Positions 1-8,693 of a stretch of DNA of 64,000 bases are shown in pieces. The number at the start of each line of letters is the position of its first letter. Positions within the stretch are counted from its first letter, which is position 1. Origin of the DNA: Candidatus Izemoplasmatales bacterium (lineage in GTDB: Bacteria > Bacillota_I > Bacilli_A > Izemoplasmatales > Hujiaoplasmataceae); NCBI GenBank assembly GCA_050177605.1, contig JBFXGX010000008.1, positions 1 to 64,000 on the forward strand, read 5' to 3'. The translations under genes were made by a program, and so were the position numbers. The notes beneath the pieces were generated by a model that saw only the letters and a list, made by a program, of their open reading frames with translations, ran no database searches and was not told the origin of the DNA.

Positions 1-30
1 ATTTGTCTTACTCTTTTTGTCAAAAAAAGC

Positions 31-121
31 AACTCCGTCCGAAAAAAAACAAAACTCCGTTGGAAATAGAGTAAAACTCCGTCGAACGCGAGCAGTTTTA
101 GAGTAAAACTCCGTAATGACA
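31..121 (-). mobile_element. Probable end of an IS21/Tn7-like DDE transposon extending left of the window
   Basis: Minus strand from 121 reads TGTCATT then ACGGAGTT x4 (plus strand AACTCCGT at 31, 53, 75, 107; spacing 22, 22, 32). TAGAGTAAAACTCCGT is exact at 67-82 and 99-114. No transposase in the window. Confidence 0.5.
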
Positions 122-228
122 AGACATATTGAAATGAAGTAGCTTCCAAAAGTTGGAGATTTGGTATACAAAAATACCACTCTAATGAAGGGAGCTATTT
201 TTATCTTAAAACATAGCGTCATTCAGTT

Positions 229-323
229 ATTGTAAATAAATTTGTAAACAACAAATTTACATATTGTAAATAATATCGTAAACAATATTGTTGACATGTT
301 GTAAACGATATTGTAAACTATTG
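229..323 (+). repeat. Periodic (T/C)GTAAA(C/T) array upstream of fic, probable operator region
   Basis: GTAAA at 232, 244, 266, 278, 301, 313 (spacing 12, 22, 12, 23, 12); inverted AAATTTGT/ACAAATTT at 238-245 and 251-258. Confidence 0.7.
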
Positions 324-336
324 TTGAGGTGAAAAA

Positions 337-1563
337 ATGATAACTTATCAGAAATTTAAAGAAATATGTAATAATATTGATCATTATCCTACGGATTCAG
401 AATTAATTTATAAATATGGTTTCACACAAAATGATATAAATGAAATTCGGCAAGGAAAACAAAATGATAACGAATATATTAAATTGAAATTGAATGATCA
501 ATATGATAATCAATTACTGTATTGGAACAACGAGAAGATTGTCATGAATTTCTTAGGGAGCCAAGATTTAATCAGAAATTCGACAATGAATAAATTTTCC
601 GATTTTCGAGATTCTGAAATAATAAATGGCTTTGTATTCTCTGAAATCGAATCTAGTTTAGCAATAGAAGGCGTAAGAAGCACAAGAGCAAAAATCGAAC
701 AATTGAATAAACAAGACTACGGGAATCTGACTGATATTAATGACATCATCGTTAAGAATATGTTGCTGGGATATGAGTTTGTTAAAAACAATGAAATCAA
801 CCAAGATAACATATTCAAATTGTACAGTATATTATCAAAAAAATGTCTTGAAAATCATGAAAAATTATTGCAGGGAAACTATTATCGTCACGATGAAGTA
901 AATATAGTTGATTCTTCGAACGCGGTAGTAGATAAGGGTGTTGACTGGCAAAAGTTGCCCAAATTAATGAATCAATTAATTGATTACATAAACAAAGATA
1001 AAACATATGAAGAACATCTTATTGCTTCACATGTGATTCATTTCTATCTGATATATCTGCATCCATATTTTGATTATAATGGTAGAATGGCTAGGGTGCT
1101 ATCATTCTGGTATAATTACAAGAATGCACCGTCACTGAGTTTGTTGTTGGTTAGTGAAGCGATCAATAATAAATACCATAAAGGCAAATATTATAATGCG
1201 ATTATTAATTCAAGGAGATCAGGCAATGATATATCTTATTTTCTAGAATATATGGGAAATATAGTATTAAAGTATTCAAAAATATATATAAACTTTTATA
1301 CATTAGAGACAAAATTAAAAGGGAAGGGATATACACTAAATCGTGCATCAGAAATTGCTTTGAAATATGTATTGGCAATTCCGGTAACCGAAGATGGATA
1401 TTTTGATTGGAAGGACTACAGAGACTTCTCACACGATGAGTTTTCAAAGCAATATTACTTAAAATTACTAAACACCTTAGCTGAACTGGAAATATTGACT
1501 GTGAAAGAACATAAAAAAGCTAAGTTATTCAAACTAAATTCAGAAAAATGGGATTTGCTATAA
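337..1563 (+). CDS. Fic-domain protein (class II-like) with probable C-terminal winged helix
   Basis: Fic motif HPYFDYNGRMAR; N-terminal inhibitory-type motif SLAIEG; RBS GAGGTG. Confidence 0.9.
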   Translation: MITYQKFKEICNNIDHYPTDSELIYKYGFTQNDINEIRQGKQNDNEYIKLKLNDQYDNQLLYWNNEKIVMNFLGSQDLIRNSTMNKFSDFRDSEIINGFVFSEIESSLAIEGVRSTRAKIEQLNKQDYGNLTDINDIIVKNMLLGYEFVKNNEINQDNIFKLYSILSKKCLENHEKLLQGNYYRHDEVNIVDSSNAVVDKGVDWQKLPKLMNQLIDYINKDKTYEEHLIASHVIHFYLIYLHPYFDYNGRMARVLSFWYNYKNAPSLSLLLVSEAINNKYHKGKYYNAIINSRRSGNDISYFLEYMGNIVLKYSKIYINFYTLETKLKGKGYTLNRASEIALKYVLAIPVTEDGYFDWKDYRDFSHDEFSKQYYLKLLNTLAELEILTVKEHKKAKLFKLNSEKWDLL

Positions 1564-1717
1564 GAGGTAGTGTAATAAATGTTGTGTATAATAGAAAAGG
1601 ATATCATTAAGAAATAGAAACTCTTGGTCCTTGGACTGAGTTGGTTTTTAGGGTGCGTAAAATCATCCAAGGGTGCACTATTGTATCAAAACAGGTCATT
1701 CAACCCATATTGAAAGT

Positions 1718-1750
1718 AAAGGATTGATACAATTATCAGTCCTTTTTTTT
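1718..1750 (+). terminator. Rho-independent terminator
   Basis: AAAGGATTGATA-CAAT-TATCAGTCCTTT followed by a T run. Confidence 0.75.
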
Positions 1751-2096
1751 ATGGTTTAATAAAGCACTTTTTCTAAACTTTAACCATGCATAGAAGTTAG
1801 AATTAAGAGGTGAAAATAGGGTTAAAAATCTTGAATAATGAACTCTATCAGTCAAGTACAAATAAATTGTAAAATGCAGTAAATTTTTATTATAATTAGT
1901 ACAATCGCCTAGGGGTTTCAGAATTTGATTATTAATTGACTGATAGAACTGATTTGGTGAAAGTGTATAAAGATTCCAAACTCCATCATATAATTTTGAT
2001 ATTGATATTTAATACATCTTTCAGTGAGTTCACCGTAAATAATTAATGAGTAAGTAAAATAGAACACGATGTAGGCGTAATCATAACGTTTTTTTA

Positions 2097-2125
2097 TTGA
2101 CAAATCACGACGAATCTTATAAACT
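2097..2125 (+). promoter_or_regulatory. Sigma70/A promoter of the ABC-F gene
   Basis: TTGACA-17bp-TAAACT. Confidence 0.6.
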
Positions 2126-2151
2126 TAACAAGGATTAATGTGAGGTATAAA

Positions 2152-3783
2152 ATGATTACAGTTTCTAACCTAAGTTTGGTATTCCCAGACAAAAAATTAT
2201 TTGAAGATGTTAATATAAAATTCATTGAAGGTAACTGCTATGGAATTATCGGTGCGAATGGTGCTGGGAAGTCCACTTTTTTGAAGATATTAACAGGAGA
2301 AAAAGAATCAACGAAAGGTGACGTCTTCATCGAAAAAAATAAACGTTTAGCTACCCTAAACCAAAATCAGCATGCTTTTGATGATTTAACTGTCATCGAA
2401 ACAGTGATTCACGGACATAAAGAATTATTTGACATTATGAAACAAAAAGAGATGTATTACAATAAGCCTGAACTCACCGAGGAAGAAGGATATAAATTGG
2501 CTGATCTTGAATTTCATTTTGCTGAAATGGATGGATGGGACGCAGAGTACGCGGCTGAAAAATTACTCAATGGATTAAATGTTCCAGCAGAAAATTTTTA
2601 TTTAAAAATGAAAGATGTATTACCAAAACATAAAGTAAAGGTCTTGCTTGCGCAGGCGCTGTTTGGCAATCCTGATATCTTAATTCTAGATGAGCCAACG
2701 AATCATTTGGATTTTGAAGCGATTGCATGGCTAGAAAACTTCTTAATCGATTATGACCATTTAATTATTACAGTGAGCCATGACAGACACTTTCTAAATC
2801 AAGTATGTACCCATATGGTTGACATCGATTACAATCAAGCAAAACTATATGCTGGAAATTATGACTTTTGGCTAGAATCTTCTCAACTTATTCAAAAGTT
2901 AATGGCAGATAGAAACAAGAAAAAAGAAGAAAAAATTGAGGAACTAAAGGCTTTTATTGCTAGATTTAGTGCAAACCTAAGTAAATCTAGACAAGCAACT
3001 TCAAGAAAGAAATCCTTAGAAAAAATAGAACTTGAAACGATTGTTCCTTCATCAAGAAAATATCCTTTTATCAATTTTGAATTTGAAAGACAACTTGGAA
3101 AAGATGTTGTTGAAGTTGAAAACTTAAGTTATATCCTAAATGGAAAACCATTATTTCAAAACGTAAACTTTTCAATGATTCGTGGTGATAAGGTTGCGTT
3201 GCTAGGGAAAAATGATTTGGCAAAAACCTATTTACTTAAAATACTTGCTGGAGAAATTGAACCTACTACAGGGACGATCAAATGGGGCCAAACGATTAAG
3301 ACTGGATATTTTCCAAGTGATCATGAACATTTCTTTACAAGCAAGAGTCTAAACCTTATCGAGTGGTTAAGACAATTCTCGAAAGAACAAGCAGAATCTT
3401 ATATTCGAGGATTTTTAGGAAGAATGTTATTTTCTGGAGATCAACCTCTGAAAGAAGTGAAATATCTTTCAGGAGGAGAGAAGATGCGTTGCATGTATTC
3501 AAAACTAATGCTTAGTGATGCGAATATGCTTCTTATTGATTCACCTACGATTCACCTTGACCTAGAAGCCATTCAATCCGTCAATAATGGATTAACTGAT
3601 TTCAAAGGGGCAATCATCGTTTCGTCTCATGACCATAAATTACTAGATACTGTGTGTAATAAGATGGTTGAGATTGCTGATCTAGGATCCTATCAATATC
3701 AAGGAACATTAGATGAATATATGGAAAATGAGAATATCAAAGAAAGAGTATTAAAACTATATATTGATCCACTAAATGAGTAA
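2152..3783 (+). CDS. ABC-F family ribosome-associated ATPase (YbiT/YkpA-like)
   Basis: Two NBDs, [18 protein letters not shown], no TM segments; ATG 2152 follows GAGGT. Confidence 0.9.
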   Translation: MITVSNLSLVFPDKKLFEDVNIKFIEGNCYGIIGANGAGKSTFLKILTGEKESTKGDVFIEKNKRLATLNQNQHAFDDLTVIETVIHGHKELFDIMKQKEMYYNKPELTEEEGYKLADLEFHFAEMDGWDAEYAAEKLLNGLNVPAENFYLKMKDVLPKHKVKVLLAQALFGNPDILILDEPTNHLDFEAIAWLENFLIDYDHLIITVSHDRHFLNQVCTHMVDIDYNQAKLYAGNYDFWLESSQLIQKLMADRNKKKEEKIEELKAFIARFSANLSKSRQATSRKKSLEKIELETIVPSSRKYPFINFEFERQLGKDVVEVENLSYILNGKPLFQNVNFSMIRGDKVALLGKNDLAKTYLLKILAGEIEPTTGTIKWGQTIKTGYFPSDHEHFFTSKSLNLIEWLRQFSKEQAESYIRGFLGRMLFSGDQPLKEVKYLSGGEKMRCMYSKLMLSDANMLLIDSPTIHLDLEAIQSVNNGLTDFKGAIIVSSHDHKLLDTVCNKMVEIADLGSYQYQGTLDEYMENENIKERVLKLYIDPLNE

Positions 3784-3787
3784 ACTA

Positions 3788-3817
3788 AAAAACTGGAGAG
3801 TTAAATCTCCAGTTTTT
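3788..3817 (+). terminator. Rho-independent terminator
   Basis: AAAAACTGGAGA-GTTAAA-TCTCCAGTTTTT. Confidence 0.75.
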
Positions 3818-3944
3818 ATATTTCGATAATGTTTTACGCTGATTGGTGAATATATTTATTTGTGATGTATATTATTTAATTGAATATAAACAGAATCTAT
3901 GTTATTCTTTAACTAATAAAATAATATTTTTATAGGAGAAAAAG

Positions 3945-4433
3945 ATGAAAAAAATAGCTCTATTGACAATTTTTATGCTTTCCTTGTTTGCGCTCTCTGG
4001 TTGTTCACTTTTTGCACCATCAGAGAAAGAATTTTCTGGTTCAGGAATTACAATAACACTCGATGATAGTTTCGCAGTACAAGAAACCGATTCTTGGCCG
4101 TTGTTCTTATCTTCAATTGACCATGTGTTTATGGGCCTACGCGAATCTAAGTCTGATGCAGTGTCCGTCGGAATAAATACGTTAGCAGAATATATGGACC
4201 TAGTTCTATATAATGGTGGTGAGGAAAATTCCACAGTTTATGAATCTGATAATGGTGAATATCTCTATGCTTATTATACTGCGCAAGTAGATGGTGAAGA
4301 ATTTGGTTATATGCTTGTTTGTATGCAAGGAGCAAACTATTACTATTTGATGAATTTTGGTTGTTACAGTGATGAACTTGATGATAACAAGGATCAATAT
4401 ATTGCTTGGGCCAACACGATCATCGTGGAATAA
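3945..4433 (+). CDS. Lipoprotein, unknown function
   Basis: Signal peptide with lipobox LSGC; acidic mature domain. Confidence 0.8.
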   Translation: MKKIALLTIFMLSLFALSGCSLFAPSEKEFSGSGITITLDDSFAVQETDSWPLFLSSIDHVFMGLRESKSDAVSVGINTLAEYMDLVLYNGGEENSTVYESDNGEYLYAYYTAQVDGEEFGYMLVCMQGANYYYLMNFGCYSDELDDNKDQYIAWANTIIVE

Positions 4434-4608
4434 TGTTTTTAGTGAAAGAATTAGTAGAACGAGTAAATATCGTTCTATTTTTTTATGGATATTTATGTTA
4501 TGTACACTTTCATATGATAGCAAAGTCAGTAAAACATAATGATTAATATAGTTCGTTGTGATAAAATAGTATATGTATTTATAGTCTTTATTAAAGGGAG
4601 TATCGAAA

Positions 4609-5532
4609 ATGAAACCATATGAATCTTATTTGGATATCAATGAAGAAGTAAAAGAAGCATTACAAAAAAACTTGCCAGTAGTTGCATTAGAATCGACAAT
4701 CATCTCTCATGGGATGCCCTATCCAGAAAATGTTGAGATGGCTAAAAAAGTAGAAAATATCATTCGTCTTGAAGGTGCTGTTCCAGCCACAATCGCAATC
4801 ATGAATGGAAAAATTAAAATAGGTTTAAATAATGAAGATTTAGAAACTTTAGCAAAAGCTCCTCACGTTGAAAAAGTTTCAAGAAGAGATATGGCAAAAG
4901 TCATTGCTAGTAAAGCAATTGGAGCGACAACTGTTGCTTCAACCATGATCTGCGCAGAAATGGCCGGCATTAAATTCTTTGTTACAGGTGGAATCGGTGG
5001 AGTTCATCGAGGTTACGAAACAACACTTGATGTTTCTGCGGATTTAGAAGAATTGTCAATGACAAACGTTAATGTTATCTGTGCTGGCGCTAAAGCAATC
5101 CTTGACTTACCTAGAACAATGGAATATCTAGAAACCAAAGGTGTGAGTGTCGTGGGGTACCTTACGAAAGTATTACCAGCTTTTTATACGAGAGAAACCA
5201 ATATTGAACTACAATCCTCAGTAGAAAGCGCAAAGGAATTAGCAGAAATGGTTTTTGTCAAAGAACAACTAGGATTAAAAGGTGGAATTTTAATTGTTAA
5301 TCCAATTCCAAAAGAGGATTCACTTGATAGTCATTACATCAATCATATTATTGATGAGGCAATCGCTCAAAGTATCAAAGATGGAATTGAAGGGAAAGAT
5401 GTTACACCGTACTTATTAAAGAAAATCGTCGAAAAAACAGATGGGAAGAGCTTAGCTGCAAATCTTGCTCTTGTATATAATAATGCAAAAGTAGGAGCTC
5501 AGTTAGCCAAAGAATATACACGATTAATCTAA
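4609..5532 (+). CDS. psuG: Pseudouridine-5'-phosphate glycosidase
   Basis: VVALESTIISHGMPYP, TGGIGGVHRG, DVSADL, GKDVTPYLL motifs. Confidence 0.93.
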   Translation: MKPYESYLDINEEVKEALQKNLPVVALESTIISHGMPYPENVEMAKKVENIIRLEGAVPATIAIMNGKIKIGLNNEDLETLAKAPHVEKVSRRDMAKVIASKAIGATTVASTMICAEMAGIKFFVTGGIGGVHRGYETTLDVSADLEELSMTNVNVICAGAKAILDLPRTMEYLETKGVSVVGYLTKVLPAFYTRETNIELQSSVESAKELAEMVFVKEQLGLKGGILIVNPIPKEDSLDSHYINHIIDEAIAQSIKDGIEGKDVTPYLLKKIVEKTDGKSLAANLALVYNNAKVGAQLAKEYTRLI

Positions 5533-5571
5533 ATCGAAGTATGAGAATCGATCAAGCCAGGAGGAAAGTAA

Positions 5572-6567
5572 ATGCCCATTAGAAAACAAGATAAGCCTTC
5601 AAAAACAGTTCAATCGATTCGCATGTTAAAAATACTCAAAGCGAAGCAATTCACAAAAAAAGAAGAACTTGCAAATCTACTTGGTGAAACCACCACAAGA
5701 AATATTAATAACTATAAAAATGCACTATATGATGCTGGATACTATATTGATTTTCAACCTGGAAAAGAGGGCGGATACTATCTAGTTCATGACCATATTA
5801 TCCCTTCTTCAGCAGTACAAAAAGAACAAATCGACGCTTTGTCCCAAATCTATGATTATGTATTGGAAGACAAAAATTTTGTAAATCGCCAATTATTTCT
5901 CGAATTTATATCCAATATTTTAGGTTCATCCGATACGAGCAAAAAACCATTTAATAAGTTTTTGTTTGGTCATTTTCCTCTTTCAATGAGCGACATAGAT
6001 ATCCAAAATCGTTACTACTTATTACAGACCGCGATCGATTCAGGGCGAATGGTAAAAATCAATTATAAGGGATATTACTCCGATAATATTCATATCATTC
6101 ATCCAATCCGTTTATTTAAGTTTCAAAACTGGCATATCTATGCGATGGATACAAGAGAAACAAGAGTTGGAAAGAATAGGTACACGGCTTTTAAATTACA
6201 TCGTATCATTGATATAGAATTGCTTTCAGACCATTTTGAAAAAGATAAACAATATGAAGAATCAGAACACTTCTCAAATAGGGGACTCATCGCTGATCAA
6301 CCTATCGACGTGAAATTATTGATTTATGGTCCGATTGGTAGAACAATGGATGAAAAAATCTATGGTGAAAATCAAAAGGTAGAATTATTAAATAATAATC
6401 GAATGAATTATTCCTTTGAAGCACGAATGTATGATTCGATGGTTGTCCTCAAATTTGTTTTATCGCTTGGATCCAATTGCAAAGTGATAGAACCACTCTG
6501 GTTAAAGAAAGCAGTCTATGAAAATTCGAAACGAATTATAGAATTTTATAAAAGAGATGATTTGTAA
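5572..6567 (+). CDS. WYL-domain transcriptional regulator (wHTH-WYL-WCX, YafY/PafC-like)
   Basis: N-terminal HTH ending GKEGGYYL; WYL core IHPIRL..WHIYA..FKLHRI; C-terminal LSLGSNCKVIEPLWLK. Confidence 0.88.
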   Translation: MPIRKQDKPSKTVQSIRMLKILKAKQFTKKEELANLLGETTTRNINNYKNALYDAGYYIDFQPGKEGGYYLVHDHIIPSSAVQKEQIDALSQIYDYVLEDKNFVNRQLFLEFISNILGSSDTSKKPFNKFLFGHFPLSMSDIDIQNRYYLLQTAIDSGRMVKINYKGYYSDNIHIIHPIRLFKFQNWHIYAMDTRETRVGKNRYTAFKLHRIIDIELLSDHFEKDKQYEESEHFSNRGLIADQPIDVKLLIYGPIGRTMDEKIYGENQKVELLNNNRMNYSFEARMYDSMVVLKFVLSLGSNCKVIEPLWLKKAVYENSKRIIEFYKRDDL

Positions 6568-6656
6568 AAAAAATCTCTTTTTTTATTTACTGGACATTCT
6601 TTGTGTATACTAAAGTGATACAATGAGGCTAACTTAATGAAAAAGCAGGTGAAGCA

Positions 6657-7877
6657 ATGATAATTAAAGGAAAATTTAATGAAGCAATTGTCTATACAGA
6701 CAAAATAGAGGACGTAGCTGTTGAACAAATAAAGGAGATACTAGACCAAGAAGCGTTCAGAGATGCTAAAATTAGAATTATGCCTGACGTCCATACTGGC
6801 GCTGGATGTGTCATTGGGTTCACGGCAAATTTAGGTGACAAAGTTATACCAAATATCGTCGGTGTCGACATCGGATGTGGCATGTTAACAGTTGAACTTG
6901 GTTATGAAGAGATTTCGTTAGAAGAACTAGATAATTTTATTCATCAATCTATTCCCTCCGGAAGAGAAATCTATATGCATAAAGTTTATGACTACATTGA
7001 TGAAATAGAGAATTTGAAGTGTATTCGTGAATTAAAGGGATCCGCAAAAGAATGGACGAGAGGGATTGGAACGCTTGGCGGCGGGAATCATTTTATCGAA
7101 ATAAATGTAGCTAGCGACGGGAAGAAGTATTTAGTGATACATTCTGGTTCAAGAAATCTTGGACACCGAGTTGCTAGTTACTATCAAAAAGTTGCAGTTG
7201 AATATAATAGTGGACTCGATGAGTGCTATTACGCTGAACGTAATCGAATCATCTCTAGCTATAAACAAGAAGGTAAGAGAAAAGAAATTGAGCCCGCATT
7301 AAATGAATTAAGAAAAAATCGGTTAGTTGAACCAAAATTACCACCAGATTTGTGCTTTATCGAAGGTTCAAAGCGAGATGAATATTTGTTTGATATGAGA
7401 ATTTGCCAAGAATACGCTTGCTTAAACAGAGAAGTAATGGCAAAGAAAATCCTTGAGTTTTTGTTTCATAGAACAAATTTTGAAATGTTTCACACGATTC
7501 ATAATTATATTGACTTCGAAGACTCTATTGTTAGGAAAGGTTCCATCAAAGCTAGCCTTGGGACCAAGTTGTTAATTCCAATTAATATGAGAGATGGATC
7601 CATCCTTGCGAAAGGACTAGGGAATGAGGAGTGGAACTGGTCTGCTCCTCATGGCGCTGGGAGAATTTTATCGAGAACAATGGCAAAAGAGCGTATCTCT
7701 TTAGAAGACTATCAAAAATCCATGACTGGAATTTACACTACAAGTATCAATGAGCAGACAATCGATGAATCTCCTATGGCCTATAAGTCTATTGATGACA
7801 TTATCATTAACATCCAAGATAGTGTAGAAATCATTGAGGTATTAAAACCAATCTATAATTTCAAAGCATCAAACTAA
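6657..7877 (+). CDS. rtcB: RtcB RNA ligase (3'-phosphate or 2',3'-cyclic phosphate to 5'-OH)
   Basis: MPDVH, VGVDIGCGM, GTLGGGNHFIE, HSGSR, HNY, SAPHGAGR, DESPMAYK. Confidence 0.95.
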   Translation: MIIKGKFNEAIVYTDKIEDVAVEQIKEILDQEAFRDAKIRIMPDVHTGAGCVIGFTANLGDKVIPNIVGVDIGCGMLTVELGYEEISLEELDNFIHQSIPSGREIYMHKVYDYIDEIENLKCIRELKGSAKEWTRGIGTLGGGNHFIEINVASDGKKYLVIHSGSRNLGHRVASYYQKVAVEYNSGLDECYYAERNRIISSYKQEGKRKEIEPALNELRKNRLVEPKLPPDLCFIEGSKRDEYLFDMRICQEYACLNREVMAKKILEFLFHRTNFEMFHTIHNYIDFEDSIVRKGSIKASLGTKLLIPINMRDGSILAKGLGNEEWNWSAPHGAGRILSRTMAKERISLEDYQKSMTGIYTTSINEQTIDESPMAYKSIDDIIINIQDSVEIIEVLKPIYNFKASN

Positions 7878-7881
7878 AATG

Positions 7882-7924
7882 AAAACATCCTTTGGATTAA
7901 CTTGCATTCCAAAGGATGTTTTTT
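7882..7924. terminator. Bidirectional terminator
   Basis: AAAACATCCTTTGGA...TCCAAAGGATGTTTT between convergent genes. Confidence 0.8.
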
Positions 7925-7925
7925 C

Positions 7926-8489
7926 TTATTCGTCCAAAAAGTCTTTCGTAACACCGACAATGGTGATTGCTAGACCGCCTAAAAATACATAGATACTAAT
8001 TCCAGCAACAGTTCCTCCACCAATAAATAATAGCAAATAGGGTAATGGATTAAACGTCTCTCCAAAAGGACTAAAATTATTCACTGCATTCATGCTACCT
8101 TGTGCAAAACCAACAAAACCAGAAATAACCATGATCATTCCGATAATGAATCCAATCCCTCCGATGAACATTAACATCTTCTTAATTCGTCTTGCCTCAT
8201 TACTATTGGTTGTCGTTTGCGCTTTTTTTAGAAGACGCTTTAAATAATTTTTGCTTTCTTTAGAGGTTTCCTGATTGGAGTTACGCTCGGTACCTTCCAT
8301 AAGTTCATCTATAGAAACATCAAGAGCCTTTGCAAGTTCTCTCAAATTATAGAGGTCTGGAAGACCCTCTCCTCTTTCCCATTTGGAGATTGCTTGTCTT
8401 GATACGCCAACTTTTTCAGCTAGCTGATCTTGTGTCATATTCATCATATTACGTAATTTTGTAATTCGTTGTCCTAACTCATTGTTCAT
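7926..8489 (-). CDS. XRE-family HTH regulator with two C-terminal TM helices
   Basis: MTQDQLAEKVGVSRQAISKWERGEGLPD; hydrophobic C-terminus. Confidence 0.88.
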   Translation of the reverse strand: MNNELGQRITKLRNMMNMTQDQLAEKVGVSRQAISKWERGEGLPDLYNLRELAKALDVSIDELMEGTERNSNQETSKESKNYLKRLLKKAQTTTNSNEARRIKKMLMFIGGIGFIIGMIMVISGFVGFAQGSMNAVNNFSPFGETFNPLPYLLLFIGGGTVAGISIYVFLGGLAITIVGVTKDFLDE

Positions 8490-8562
8490 TCACTTTAATC
8501 CTCCCTGTACTATTTAAGTATAGCTTTTTATGCAAAGAAATTCAATGATTGATTTGTTTACA

Positions 8563-8587
8563 ATTAAGCAACGAAACGTTGCTTAAT
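8563..8587. promoter_or_regulatory. Perfect 11-3-11 palindrome, probable XRE operator
   Basis: ATTAAGCAACG-AAA-CGTTGCTTAAT. Confidence 0.6.
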
Positions 8588-8616
8588 ATGAAACATGATT
8601 TATAAGTAGTGAAAAG

Positions 8617-8679
8617 TTGACTGTAGAATAAGAATGTGATACAATATTGATAGTTATCAATATAGATAAATATCTATAT
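8617..8679 (+). promoter_or_regulatory. arsR promoter with tandem 9-2-9 operators
   Basis: TTGACT-17-TACAAT (extended TG); ATATTGATA-GT-TATCAATAT at 8644-8663 and ATATAGATA-AA-TATCTATAT at 8660-8679. Confidence 0.75.
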
Positions 8680-8693
8680 AGAAAGGATTTTAT

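Noticed and set aside
31..114. Repeats as a CRISPR array
   Set aside because: Repeat core is only 8-16 bp with 22-32 bp periods, too short for repeat plus spacer; no cas genes in the window
4..126. Self-contained MITE bounded by TGTCTT/AAGACA
   Set aside because: Only a 6-bp inverted match, all internal repeats face one way, and the window edge prevents checking a target duplication
1621..1680. Intact tRNA gene
   Set aside because: No TTC T-loop and no cloverleaf could be built; kept only as a possible att or sRNA remnant
1867..2096. Riboswitch or T-box leader for the ABC-F gene
   Set aside because: No recognisable conserved motif or terminator, and a closer promoter exists at 2097-2125
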